Below the pieces are notes generated by a model. That model did not search any database and was not told the origin of the DNA. It saw nothing but the letters and a program-made list of their open reading frames with translations. From Minisyncoccota bacterium (GTDB taxonomy: Bacteria; Patescibacteriota; Minisyncoccia; Phycocordibacterales; JABAAK01): a stretch of 64,000 nucleotides of DNA. This document shows, in pieces, positions 1-9,411 of the stretch (within the stretch, counting starts at the first letter, position 1; each line of letters starts with the position of its first letter). The translations under genes were made by a program, and so were the position numbers. The stretch is taken from positions 78,163-142,162 of the forward strand of contig OZ244141.1 in the NCBI GenBank assembly GCA_965216295.1, written 5' to 3'.

Positions 1-350
1 CACAACAGCAATCTCCTCTTTCTTTCCATCTATTTCGTAATATTCAACTGTCTCTCTAAACTCATCTGATGATGAATAGGAGTTATCATTCACATTCCTA
101 CTCTTTCCGCTATATTCTCTACTTTTTTCTATGTATTGTTTCTGCTTGACTGCTAGATGTCCTGCCAAACTTGCCTGTCCAAAAGAATACCCTTGTGTAC
201 TATCTGCCGGACGACCTTTAGAGTGGGGTTTTGCTTTTTTCGTTACATCAGGCGTGTAAAAATCATCATCATGATCACCACTCATAACATGCACAACCGC
301 AAAAATGATTACTATCAATACTGCTATTAAAATAATTAAAATCTTTTTCA
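1..350 (-). CDS. Partial CDS (N-terminal part only; continues past the window edge): hypothetical protein with an N-terminal hydrophobic signal/TM segment (MKKILIILIAVLIVIIF...)
   Basis: My translation of the minus strand from the ATG at 348-350 gives an open frame to position 1. It is absent from the ORF track because it is truncated by the window edge. Confidence 0.3.
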
Positions 351-506
351 TATACATACATTTAACCACAAATTTTCTTTTATGATTTAGTGTTTATATT
401 ACACAGGATTGTGTATAACGCGAGACAATACAACTTCACAACCCCATAATAGCCATCACATCCTTAACCCCTCTTACTACTAATATAGGGCTCGTATTCT
501 TCTCTA

Positions 507-1193
507 CTAACGAACGCAACCTCTAAATTTATCGGTTCCTTTAGTTCTTTGACAAATTCTTTCATCACAACGGTGCCAAGATTTTACCACTTTATTTGAA
601 ATATTATATTCAGAGTCAGTTGAACTAGCAACATCTCTACAAGAAGCTATGTCTTTTTGTTTTATGTGTTTTGACCTAAGATTTTTGGAAGAAGTACAAA
701 GACTGTCATCCCATCGTCCATTACTACAATATATTGACTTACATTTCCAATTTTTATCTCTTTTGTGATCATGAGGAATTAATACTCCCACTTGCGTTCT
801 GTTAGCACAGTTACTTACACGTACCTGATCAGAGGGACGCTTTGCTATGAAAGTACACCATTCTTGAGCAGTTTTTGTTGGAATGAAAAGATCTTGTTTG
901 AGATTTCTTTTTCCCTGAATGCCACGACATATGCCGTGCTCATCTATTTCAATCTTCTGACCAGAGATTGATAATTTGTAGCTAGGTTTAGTTGGACTTC
1001 TGTTTGTGTTTCGTGTCGGCACACCACTTTCACTACACCCACCTCGATTGTACGGGGCAGCTATAGTTTCCCTCCATTCGTGTCCATGAGCGTATGAACC
1101 AAGGGCAAGCAGCGTTATTAGAAACATTACTCCAACAACACTGATATTTTTACAACGTACTGTCATATTTCTTTTCATATTTAATAAACCCAA
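507..1193 (-). CDS. Secreted cysteine-rich hypothetical protein
   Basis: N-terminal hydrophobic signal-like segment (VVGVMFLITLLALGSYAHG); about 12 Cys in the mature part. No family recognised. Overlaps the next gene by 13 nt, suggesting an operon. Confidence 0.45.
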   Translation of the reverse strand: MGLLNMKRNMTVRCKNISVVGVMFLITLLALGSYAHGHEWRETIAAPYNRGGCSESGVPTRNTNRSPTKPSYKLSISGQKIEIDEHGICRGIQGKRNLKQDLFIPTKTAQEWCTFIAKRPSDQVRVSNCANRTQVGVLIPHDHKRDKNWKCKSIYCSNGRWDDSLCTSSKNLRSKHIKQKDIASCRDVASSTDSEYNISNKVVKSWHRCDERICQRTKGTDKFRGCVR

Positions 1194-2374
1194 TCAGAGA
1201 GCCAGGTTGCCAATTGCCAATAATCTGGCAATTCTTTTGTGTATACCTCCGCACCAGTTTCTACATCGTATATTCGCACAACAACAGGTGATGTTTGCGA
1301 TCCTTCTTCATCGTAAATAGAAGTATCAGTTAATTGAACCGCAACAAACCGGTTATCGGGTGAAAACGTAGACCAGAACCCAGCAATTGGATGTCTTGCC
1401 TTCAGAGTTGCAGTAAACGAACCTGGATTCCAGTCAGAAACGGTAAAGATGTAGAAATTAGTGTTGTAGTAATCGCTGAGTGCTATATACCTCCCGTTGG
1501 GAGATATAGAAATCTTTTGTAACTTTGATCCGGCTAATTGAACAAAATTTGAACCATCACCACCTATTGCTATAGTGATAAGGTTATTCTGTTCACCTGT
1601 TTCTATATTATACGTTGCAAGTCCACCTTCACCGACATAAACAACCGCTCTATCATTAAATGGGTGTGGCACAGGGTTTGCTCCCTTTATTTCATTCCAC
1701 ACAAGACTCTCACCCTCAAGCGTTACGATACTTGAATCAACTAACGGTTCAGCGGAATCGTCTTCCACTATTCTTGTTGCTGAAAAAACAATCCTGCCAT
1801 CACCAAGAGAAATCGGCACCGAAGTACTCAATGTTGCAATAGAGTCCGGTGAAAGAAATGTTAAATCAGTACCGTCTTGATTAACTAATGCAAGGCGAGT
1901 AAAGTTTGCCACCGCGTCAGGTTGATTTTCATCAGTAACAAGTGTGGAATAAAGCAGAGGAAGCTTGTTCGTTGTAGGAGAAACAACTCCAGCAATGGCA
2001 GCAAAATCATCACCTGTTTCTATCGTTATCGCATACACTTCACCAGTAACCACATCAAGTGTAAGTGGCTTCACTGACTCATCACCACCCTGTTTCGCAC
2101 TACTCAAGATAATCTTTCCTTTGAGTAAACTGCGAAGTTCTGCATTTTGAACAAATGGTGTTGGTGACAATTCATCAGCAACTACCAGTACACGCCCAAG
2201 TGATTGAACACTGTCATCTGTGGGAGTGATGGTGGTATCATCGGGGTTAAGAGAATAAACGCCAGTTCGTGTTACGTCTCTAAATAAACCGGAATACTCA
2301 AGAACAACAAACACGAACAGTAAAACGACGACAATGCCAACAAAAAATCCAATTAGTTTATTTTTCATATACAA
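1181..2374 (-). CDS. Membrane-anchored beta-propeller (PD40/TolB-like repeat) protein
   Basis: N-terminal TM (LIGFFVGIVVVLLFVFVVL). Repeated strand-turn motifs typical of WD40-like/PD40 propellers (ISISPNGRYIALSDYYNTNFYIF..., RIVFSATR). Confidence 0.45.
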   Translation of the reverse strand: MYMKNKLIGFFVGIVVVLLFVFVVLEYSGLFRDVTRTGVYSLNPDDTTITPTDDSVQSLGRVLVVADELSPTPFVQNAELRSLLKGKIILSSAKQGGDESVKPLTLDVVTGEVYAITIETGDDFAAIAGVVSPTTNKLPLLYSTLVTDENQPDAVANFTRLALVNQDGTDLTFLSPDSIATLSTSVPISLGDGRIVFSATRIVEDDSAEPLVDSSIVTLEGESLVWNEIKGANPVPHPFNDRAVVYVGEGGLATYNIETGEQNNLITIAIGGDGSNFVQLAGSKLQKISISPNGRYIALSDYYNTNFYIFTVSDWNPGSFTATLKARHPIAGFWSTFSPDNRFVAVQLTDTSIYDEEGSQTSPVVVRIYDVETGAEVYTKELPDYWQLATWLSDWVY

Positions 2375-2408
2375 CCTACACCCCCTGATTGATCCTCGTT
2401 ATCAACAA

Positions 2409-3113
2409 CTATCCACCAATGAGTGCGCGAAGAGCCTGTAGCTCTGCATCCTGCTTATCTACCTGCGTTTGTAACTCTTTGATGCTTTCAATTAACAAAC
2501 CAGTGAGTGCGGGATAATCAACCTGCTTCATGCCATCATTATCTGTCTGCACCAACTCAGGAAATACCCGCTCAACCTCTTGTGCCACAACACCAATTGA
2601 CTTCTCACCGCTTTCTTTGTAAGTAAAGGAATAACCATTGATATTCTGTAACTTTTCACTTGGGTTACCTATCTTTTGTATATTCTCTTTTGCATTTCTA
2701 TCAGATGTATAATAGAAACCAGTCCCAGAAAACTTCCCCCCCTTTACTGATTGAAGCGCCCCCGCATATTTAGAAATTATTGTGTCGTTCTCCCACTTCC
2801 AGAGCAACTCTTCACATTTAAAAAAATTCCCTTCAGCATACCCAACGGTATAACCTTTCGCACAAGTTCCTCCAGGCCTAGGCTGACCTGGCGACTCAGT
2901 CGGCGCAGGATCAAAAAGAGCACTAGAATTAATACATTTCAATCCACTATCTGTCAATGTGAGAAATTCACTATTCCCACAGGCTGCAATTTCAGAGTTT
3001 TGCGATTGAACTGTGTAGTGAGAAAAAGAAATAAGTGTCAGTAACCCAACTAATACTACAGCTAAAAACCAACTGAAGATTAATCTTATACTCATATAGA
3101 CGAAGTGTAACAT
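2409..3113 (-). CDS. Secreted protein with a C-terminal peptidase S74 / intramolecular chaperone auto-processing domain (tail-fibre/endosialidase chaperone type)
   Basis: N-terminal TM/signal. C-terminal about 100 aa match the S74 chaperone domain consensus: YYTSDRNAKENIQKI, GVVAQEVERVFPELV, VDYPALTGLLIESIKELQ. Confidence 0.6.
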   Translation of the reverse strand: MLHFVYMSIRLIFSWFLAVVLVGLLTLISFSHYTVQSQNSEIAACGNSEFLTLTDSGLKCINSSALFDPAPTESPGQPRPGGTCAKGYTVGYAEGNFFKCEELLWKWENDTIISKYAGALQSVKGGKFSGTGFYYTSDRNAKENIQKIGNPSEKLQNINGYSFTYKESGEKSIGVVAQEVERVFPELVQTDNDGMKQVDYPALTGLLIESIKELQTQVDKQDAELQALRALIGG

Positions 3114-3260
3114 GGAATAGAAAAATAAAATCGATGTTGTGGAAATTGGGTAATTATCCTGTGATTCAAGGGCAAGATCAGACTAAAAGAGTGTGGTATA
3201 ACAGGAACAGATCTTCGTTGGTAAGATTTGTTTTTTCACTACACAAAGGAGGAAGAAAAA

Positions 3261-4775
3261 ATGCGTTATACAAAAAACACGCTGTCGTTTGATTCTGTAC
3301 AATTACGAGAAGATATCGTAGAGTCAGATCCAAATGAAAAAAATTATGGCATCAAGTTACACGCTTTGTCGGGTAACCCAGAACTGCTTGCTGCGGTTGG
3401 TGCCTCTCTCTCGAGAAACCCATCTCCACTCAAGGCAAGGCTGAAAAGTTTGAGCCCTGAGGTAAAAAAAAGGATTATGGATAAGTACTTTAAAAGGTAT
3501 GGACATAATTCTATAGGAGATATTGGCCATTTCGCCATTTCTTTTGAGGGAGTTTCAATGCTTGCCGCGTATCTTATATTAAACAATAGATTGTTTGATG
3601 GGCAAGAAGCATCCACTCGATATATAGGGTTTGCAGGAAAATACTGTTTCCCAAAAATCTTTCAAACAGAAGTAGAAGAAGAGTTGTGTCGATCATGGTT
3701 TTCACTATATGAAAGAGTGTTTCACCATTCAATGGAACACTGTATCAAAAGTGGTTACTCAAACGATGCTGCGGAAGCGGCAAGTTTTGACATAGCAGGT
3801 GGTCTGCTCCCTATCGCAACGAGAACATCAGTTTTCTTTGTGGGGAGTATACGAACCTTCTTAAAACAACTCTATTATATAGAAAGTATGGAAGACGAGG
3901 TATGCGAGTTGAGAGAGCTTGGGGAGAAACTGAGAGCATTACTGCTGGAAGTTTGTCCAAATTCTGTCTCATTAAAAAAAAGTGGTTCAATTGAAGCACA
4001 AAGAGAGATGACATTAACGCCATCGTTTGATGCTGTTGATCGAATTTTAAGAGTTGGTCTTGATTCTTATCTTCACCACGGATGGTCTGTTAGCGTAACA
4101 CCTATTCAAAAAAATTACCTCATGAATAAGGTAAAAGAAGGTATGTCAAGCTTGTTTCGCAATACTGCTACGCTTGGTATTAAGGAGGTGCACACCAAAT
4201 TAATACTAGTAGCAATGAGTGATCAAGTGTTTCATTTGTTTCGCGAGAGTCATCGCTTTTCATCTTTAGAGGATATCGTGGATGCTGTAGCAAAAGATAC
4301 TGCAACAGCACTTCTTGGTAACATCTCGGTTTCTTTCAAAATGGATTTTAGAAGTTTGAGAGACCTGCATCGCCATAGGATATTTCCTATCAATCAAGTA
4401 CGTCGCTTTGGAGGGGCGATAGATTGTAATCCTTGGTATCAGGAAAAAGTGAGAGATGTAAAACTCAAACAAGAGATGATAGATTTGTTCTCAAAAACGC
4501 TCGAGACATATAGTGTTCAAAAAAAACAGGAAAAGGGATATATCTCTAGACCTGTTGGTATTTTGCCGATGATGTCTCAGTTCCCTGCCATTATTTCTGG
4601 CAGTTTACACGACTGGTATTCAATGCTCATGACCCGTAAATCGGGAAAGGTGCATCCTGTCGTACATACGTTTGTACAAGACGTGTCTCAGATTATTAAT
4701 CACGGGCTTCGCTTTGATTTAATACAAGACATTCCTCAAACGGTGAATTATGAGAAACGATCGTCAGATAAGTAA
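3261..4775 (+). CDS. ThyX-family (flavin-dependent thymidylate synthase-like) protein, long tandem-domain form
   Basis: GGAGG RBS precedes ATG 3261 (MRYTKNT). The N-terminal half aligns with the ThyX core (GHNSIGDIGHFAISFEGVSMLAAYLILNNRLFDGQEASTRY versus GHETPFEHIVFTFHV...FRHRIASYNELSGRY), with RHR replaced by NNR. The second half keeps SFKMDFRSLRDLHRHRI. Its 515-aa length resembles the long ThyX forms. Confidence 0.45.
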   Translation: MRYTKNTLSFDSVQLREDIVESDPNEKNYGIKLHALSGNPELLAAVGASLSRNPSPLKARLKSLSPEVKKRIMDKYFKRYGHNSIGDIGHFAISFEGVSMLAAYLILNNRLFDGQEASTRYIGFAGKYCFPKIFQTEVEEELCRSWFSLYERVFHHSMEHCIKSGYSNDAAEAASFDIAGGLLPIATRTSVFFVGSIRTFLKQLYYIESMEDEVCELRELGEKLRALLLEVCPNSVSLKKSGSIEAQREMTLTPSFDAVDRILRVGLDSYLHHGWSVSVTPIQKNYLMNKVKEGMSSLFRNTATLGIKEVHTKLILVAMSDQVFHLFRESHRFSSLEDIVDAVAKDTATALLGNISVSFKMDFRSLRDLHRHRIFPINQVRRFGGAIDCNPWYQEKVRDVKLKQEMIDLFSKTLETYSVQKKQEKGYISRPVGILPMMSQFPAIISGSLHDWYSMLMTRKSGKVHPVVHTFVQDVSQIINHGLRFDLIQDIPQTVNYEKRSSDK

Positions 4776-5285
4776 CTCATAACTGTGCGCACCCAAGTAA
4801 TTATTGCTTGGGTGCGTTTTTTTAATCTTATAAGTGCTCCTAGAAGATGCTGTTTTTATTTCACTTGTCTTTGACTTTCTCTTATACACACCGAGCCGTT
4901 TTTTTATTACATCTTTTACATATCGTGAACAGGAAATTTTTTTTAAAACTTCTTCAATAAAACAGACCGGCATTTGTCCTCTGCAAGGTACAGACTTTGG
5001 TAGTTTTTCATGAAAAACCCAATCACAATTAAACCTAGTCATTTTATAAAACACAGAACATTCTTCTGGTTTTATAATCAAAACATTTTCATTTTGAGGT
5101 CGATTTTCAATCTCTTGACTGGTAGCTATAATATAGTAATACTCTCTCCCGCTTGGGGATGTAAAATCACCAAGGACAAGATGGTAGTGTGAATTTGTAT
5201 TGCCAGATTTTTCTAATTGACCACTTACATAATATAAAACATCTCCTCTACTGACATCCATACAAACGATAATTTTCTCTAGCAA
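4764..5285 (-). CDS. MazF/PemK-like putative toxin (endoribonuclease fold) with a Lys-rich C-terminal tail
   Basis: The N-terminal about 100 aa follow the Kid/PemK/MazF pattern (RGDVLYYVSG...GNTNSHYHLVLGD...YYYIIATSQEIENRP..NVLIIKPEE versus MazF GDLIWVDF..G.E.AGHRPAVVLS...CLCVPCTTQ...P.EVVL). Overlaps the upstream Panacea-domain gene by about 38 nt. The likely start is the internal Met at about 5261. Confidence 0.4.
   Translation of the reverse strand: MLEKIIVCMDVSRGDVLYYVSGQLEKSGNTNSHYHLVLGDFTSPSGREYYYIIATSQEIENRPQNENVLIIKPEECSVFYKMTRFNCDWVFHEKLPKSVPCRGQMPVCFIEEVLKKISCSRYVKDVIKKRLGVYKRKSKTSEIKTASSRSTYKIKKTHPSNNYLGAHSYELLI
4787..4829 (+). terminator. Rho-independent terminator downstream of the ThyX-like gene
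   Basis: Hairpin gcgcacccaag-taattattg-cttgggtgcg followed by ttttttt. Confidence 0.6.
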
Positions 5286-5847
5286 CTTCTAGTGTGGATT
5301 CTTCTACTTGCACAGGCCCATCGTTCACAAAAAAATCTTCCTTATCTATTGAAGCACACTGTCCTTCACCAAAATCATGTATGCCATGTTTTTTCCACGC
5401 ATCAAATGCATGCACTCCTTCTGTTTCGTGATTAATGAGATAATTTATATCTTTATCTCCATATTTTTCTAAAACATAATCTAAACACTCAGCATCAACT
5501 TCTGATATATAATCCGTATCTATTTCCTTTTCTTTATTAACTTCTACCGTGCTGTTGTTGTTCTTTATGTACTGTTGGGCATACTCTATTTCCTCTGCGC
5601 TTGTATGCTCACTATCAAAACCAACGATATCTGCCAAGTTTGATGGCACTGGTCCATTTTTAAGTGCTACATAATAATCTCCAGAGATGGTTTCTCCATA
5701 CTTTCTAAGCTTATACACATCTGCCAAAACAGCCAATTTTATTAATTTTAGTGACTCACACCTTTGACCTGGTAATTTATCTAATAAATACCTTGTCATT
5801 TGAACTCTGACCGCCAAACTATCAGAAATTATTGTTTTTGCCTCCAT
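5248..5847 (-). CDS. Panacea-domain (DUF4065, SocA/GepA-like) protein, putative antitoxin
   Basis: LKLIKLAVLADVYKLRKYGETISGDYYVALKNGPVPSNLADIV matches the Panacea core (KL.KLlY.a........G.pi.....y.A...GPV...vyd). Confidence 0.55.
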   Translation of the reverse strand: MEAKTIISDSLAVRVQMTRYLLDKLPGQRCESLKLIKLAVLADVYKLRKYGETISGDYYVALKNGPVPSNLADIVGFDSEHTSAEEIEYAQQYIKNNNSTVEVNKEKEIDTDYISEVDAECLDYVLEKYGDKDINYLINHETEGVHAFDAWKKHGIHDFGEGQCASIDKEDFFVNDGPVQVEESTLEVARENYRLYGCQ

Positions 5848-5908
5848 AACTGCAGTATATAACAGAATCTGTATTAATGAAAAGAATACCTGCTATTTGC
5901 CTGTGAAT

Positions 5909-5947
5909 ATACAAAACACTCAGAATTTACTTGGGTGCGTTTTTTTT
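5909..5947 (-). terminator. Hairpin plus U-tract at the 3' end of the LTD gene pair, sharing the cttgggtgcgtttttttt half-site with the 4787 terminator
   Basis: cactcag-aatttac-ttgggtg stem. T-runs on both strands (tttttttt on plus, ttttgtat on minus). Overlaps the last codons of gene 5927..6847. Confidence 0.35.
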
Positions 5948-6847
5948 ATATAAATAACAAGACTTTCGTGCCAATTGAAGTGTGCTTCGCTGCACACACA
6001 ATACTTTCCGAAGAACAAACATTAGATAGAAAAGCTCAATGGTGATAACAACAAAGACAATATCCATCCATCGTAAAACAAAAGTGAGTGTTGAAATAGT
6101 ACCATCAACCACACCTACTCCTCCTCGTTCTTGCACTTTCTCAGCAGAAACGACAGTGGTGTACGACAAGGCCTCGCGTGCGCTTTCTTCTGTTTTGGTC
6201 AACGGAACACTCTGCTCTTGCATCACCCGCTCTTTCAAAGACTCCACTGTAGCGACACGCTCCAACGGGAGTGTGACATTCTTTTTTTTCTGCTGACTGC
6301 TCATCGTTGGTATGGGATTTGTTGCAATAATACCCGGCGTGGCAGGAGCAATGATTTGTTTTCCTCCTCCAACAATATGTTGCGTTGCTCCTGTACCAAT
6401 AATAGGTTCGGTAGGAAGAAAGGAAATGCTGTTTTCCAATTGTCCTGTTTCTGTGGCAGAAATTCCAATCGTTGTTTTTTCATTCGGAATTGTAAAGTCA
6501 GAGATAAAAAGTCTCTGTGTGCGATCTGGGTACAACATATGAAATGTATCTGCGTGCTGTACGATTACCGCAACCGCACCAGAAGGAATCGATGATCCTT
6601 TGTTGTGTTCAAAAATGACATGAGAACGATCTCCAACATGGAATTGCAATTCAGTAACATCAACCGCCACCTCACCATCATTAACCACCTCTATCCATTG
6701 ATACCCCTTCCTAGTTTCACTCGTTGGTTGGTACATCACTTCAGTGATAACAACTTGCGCATGAATAGAAACACTCATCGCAAGAAAAAAGAGTGTTGCG
6801 ACACAAAAACCAGTGAGTTGATGAATAGTACACATTTGCGTATACAA
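5927..6847 (-). CDS. Secreted/membrane-anchored lamin-tail-domain (LTD) protein
   Basis: N-terminal signal/TM. VVITEVMYQPTSETRKGYQWIEVVNDGEVAVDVTELQF is a typical LTD core. C-terminal hydrophobic segment. Confidence 0.55.
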   Translation of the reverse strand: MYTQMCTIHQLTGFCVATLFFLAMSVSIHAQVVITEVMYQPTSETRKGYQWIEVVNDGEVAVDVTELQFHVGDRSHVIFEHNKGSSIPSGAVAVIVQHADTFHMLYPDRTQRLFISDFTIPNEKTTIGISATETGQLENSISFLPTEPIIGTGATQHIVGGGKQIIAPATPGIIATNPIPTMSSQQKKKNVTLPLERVATVESLKERVMQEQSVPLTKTEESAREALSYTTVVSAEKVQERGGVGVVDGTISTLTFVLRWMDIVFVVITIELFYLMFVLRKVLCVQRSTLQLARKSCYLYKKNAPK

Positions 6848-6849
6848 AT

Positions 6850-9222
6850 CTAGAGACTGCTCGTCGTCACGAAAATGCGTGGCAATAATTGTGTATTGCT
6901 CTCATTGTGTGCTGAATCAACAGCAGTGAGAGTACAGTCAGCAAATGTCCCTTCTGATAATTTGTAGTGTATGCCGTGACTACCATTACGGACAAGGTAT
7001 GGCAGTGATCCAATATCACAAGAACCGTCGTAATTCAATTGCGCCCAGTCACCCATCGTTAGACTAGCAACAGACACAGGGATAATTACTTTATTTCCGT
7101 AGAAACCAAGTGTTTGTGCATTCGTACCAAGTGTCAATTGTGGTGCCTGCGTGTTACGAACAACAACAATGCTGTCTCGAACGCTACTAACATTACCATC
7201 TCCATCACTTACTTTTGGTCTTATGAACACACGATTATCACTTGCTACACCATTTTCTGGTGAGAAGTGAATGCGGTACTGTACAACAACAGCACCTCTT
7301 GCTGCATTACTCACCGACACCCTTTCAAATCGAGCAGATGCTTCTGTTTCTATCCTTGGCACATCTTCAAGATATGTAGTTATGGTGTCGCGTGAATAGT
7401 TGGTAGTGCTATCAGCAATAGTTACCTGAAAGGTCACTGTGTTTTCTGTTGTGAAAAAGAGATTTTTCCCAGAAGTAACTGGATTGCCGTTAAAGGTAGT
7501 GATAGTGACATGTGGAATATCAGAACGAACCTCCTTGGCAGTTCCACCGCCACCGCCCGATATTACCCCTTGATCTCCAGGGAGACTACCAGGAGTTGGT
7601 GTTGCTTCAAAGATGGTTCTTGTTGATGAGATGTGTAGTGTTTTGCCACTATCTTTTTTAGCACCATCATTACTTGTGTACGAGATAGAGTAGAGTTCTT
7701 CTCCGGTACTAATCTTTTGTATCACAATCGTATCACCTGGATCGTTGAGAGCAAAAGTGCTGGTATATAGAGGTCCTGTGTATGCACCAAACGCTAATCT
7801 GAATGCTTCTGCATTTCCTGTAATAATTGCGACTTCCCCGCTTGCGATAGTCTGATCACCAGAGACATGGGTGATGGCTCTTCGTTGCCCTCCCTCAACA
7901 ACCTTGAGGTCTGCAAGATTCACTACTGCACTACTGTCGTTAACAATCTCTATCCATTCATCTCCTTCTGAAGAGTTGTAAGAGATTTCTGTTATCCGCA
8001 CTGCCGTCTGTACGATTCCTGAAATCTGTGGTGACGTTGTGTAGTATTCATTACCACCCTTATCAACCGCTCGCACACAAACCTTCTTGCCGTTGTTTTC
8101 AGGGTCGGTAATGCTGAAACGCGCCTCTCCATTTACCAATGAAATAGTTGTCTCAACATTTCTTGATGCAACATATTCTGCTTTGGTAGCACAACTCACT
8201 GTTCCTGTTTTGTAAAAAACAGTATCTGTTAAGTACGTATCAGCAACTTGTAGAATAACTTCTTTGTATGATGATGTTCCTGTCGGCTCTATCGTCACTG
8301 ATACGGTTGGTGGTGTGCTATCAAAAATCACTTGTTTACCATCGTGTGCCACGGTACCGCTTTTTGTAAGAGCGGTGCCAGAGTCATCGGTGAGACCGTG
8401 TATGGTATAGGTAACAACACCTTCCATAGAGGTAGACGGTAGTGTGTATGACGCTTCTTTCCGCACACTGTCTTCTCCAGAAAAATTCACCGATCCAACG
8501 TCATCACTACCAATATGAAATGTCGCCGTAGGTGTCTGGGTATCTCTCTCATGTAATAATTCCAAGGTAATTGTATCGCCAACTCCAACAAAAATACCTT
8601 CATTCGTTTCCTCCCCACCAACAGCGCTGGTAATCACGGAAAATCCAATGGGTGATGGTAGTGTGTAGGCTGTGTCTGGTGGGTTAATCGCTACCTCTCC
8701 TGGTGTTGCGGGTGCGACGATAAGATCGTTTTCTGTTGTGAGGTGGAGTGACATGCCTGTGTCTTCTGCACGGTAATCTTGTGTGTAAGTAATGGTATCA
8801 ATGACTGTTTCGCCTTGATAGAGTTTGATGGTTGCACCCTCTGGTAGTGAAATATCAGCGGTATAGACACCTCCTACAGAACTCCCATACGTTGTGGAGA
8901 ACAAGGCTGCGTCTTGTACGATAACTGCACTTTTTCCTGCACTCAACGTTGCTTTTGTGCTGCCATGTGTGCTGATACTTTGCTTTGCATCATTATCCAC
9001 TTGAATGCTCAACTCCGTGATAGTAACTGTATCCGTTCCATCGGCAATAATCTCAAGCCAATCACCACTTTTCACACTGCTGTACATAATCTCCGTTATC
9101 TCAACGGTATTTTGGGATTGTGCCATTGCAGGCATGGCGCTACCAACCAAGGTGGCTATAAATAAAGTAAGGACAAGGGGGGTGTATAGGAAATAAGTTT
9201 TTATGGTGTGGGTGTGAGACAT
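6850..9222 (-). CDS. Large secreted protein with two lamin-tail domains and Ig-like repeats
   Basis: Signal peptide (LVLTLFIATLVGSAMPAMA). LTD motifs VEITEIMYSSVKSGDWLEII and VRITEISYNSSEGDEWIEIVNDSSAVVNLADLKV. Thr/Ser-rich beta-rich body. Confidence 0.55.
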   Translation of the reverse strand: MSHTHTIKTYFLYTPLVLTLFIATLVGSAMPAMAQSQNTVEITEIMYSSVKSGDWLEIIADGTDTVTITELSIQVDNDAKQSISTHGSTKATLSAGKSAVIVQDAALFSTTYGSSVGGVYTADISLPEGATIKLYQGETVIDTITYTQDYRAEDTGMSLHLTTENDLIVAPATPGEVAINPPDTAYTLPSPIGFSVITSAVGGEETNEGIFVGVGDTITLELLHERDTQTPTATFHIGSDDVGSVNFSGEDSVRKEASYTLPSTSMEGVVTYTIHGLTDDSGTALTKSGTVAHDGKQVIFDSTPPTVSVTIEPTGTSSYKEVILQVADTYLTDTVFYKTGTVSCATKAEYVASRNVETTISLVNGEARFSITDPENNGKKVCVRAVDKGGNEYYTTSPQISGIVQTAVRITEISYNSSEGDEWIEIVNDSSAVVNLADLKVVEGGQRRAITHVSGDQTIASGEVAIITGNAEAFRLAFGAYTGPLYTSTFALNDPGDTIVIQKISTGEELYSISYTSNDGAKKDSGKTLHISSTRTIFEATPTPGSLPGDQGVISGGGGGTAKEVRSDIPHVTITTFNGNPVTSGKNLFFTTENTVTFQVTIADSTTNYSRDTITTYLEDVPRIETEASARFERVSVSNAARGAVVVQYRIHFSPENGVASDNRVFIRPKVSDGDGNVSSVRDSIVVVRNTQAPQLTLGTNAQTLGFYGNKVIIPVSVASLTMGDWAQLNYDGSCDIGSLPYLVRNGSHGIHYKLSEGTFADCTLTAVDSAHNESNTQLLPRIFVTTSSL

Positions 9223-9411
9223 TTTGAATAGTTATTAGTATGTGTAATTATCAACAAAGAACAAAGAGAAAGGCACCCTGTGGGGTGTCTTGTTACATGG
9301 ACAATGATACTTTCCGAAAAGTATGCAGACATGTATAGGATTAATAATCTGTCACCATATATACCGCACTCAACTTATTTTTGCAAGTGTTGGTATGTGT
9401 TTACAAATGCA

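Noticed and set aside
1-3200. Prophage remnant suggested by the S74 tail-fibre chaperone domain
   Set aside because: There are no capsid, terminase, portal, integrase or other phage genes within the visible region. The neighbouring genes are cellular secreted proteins. It cannot be excluded upstream of the window start.
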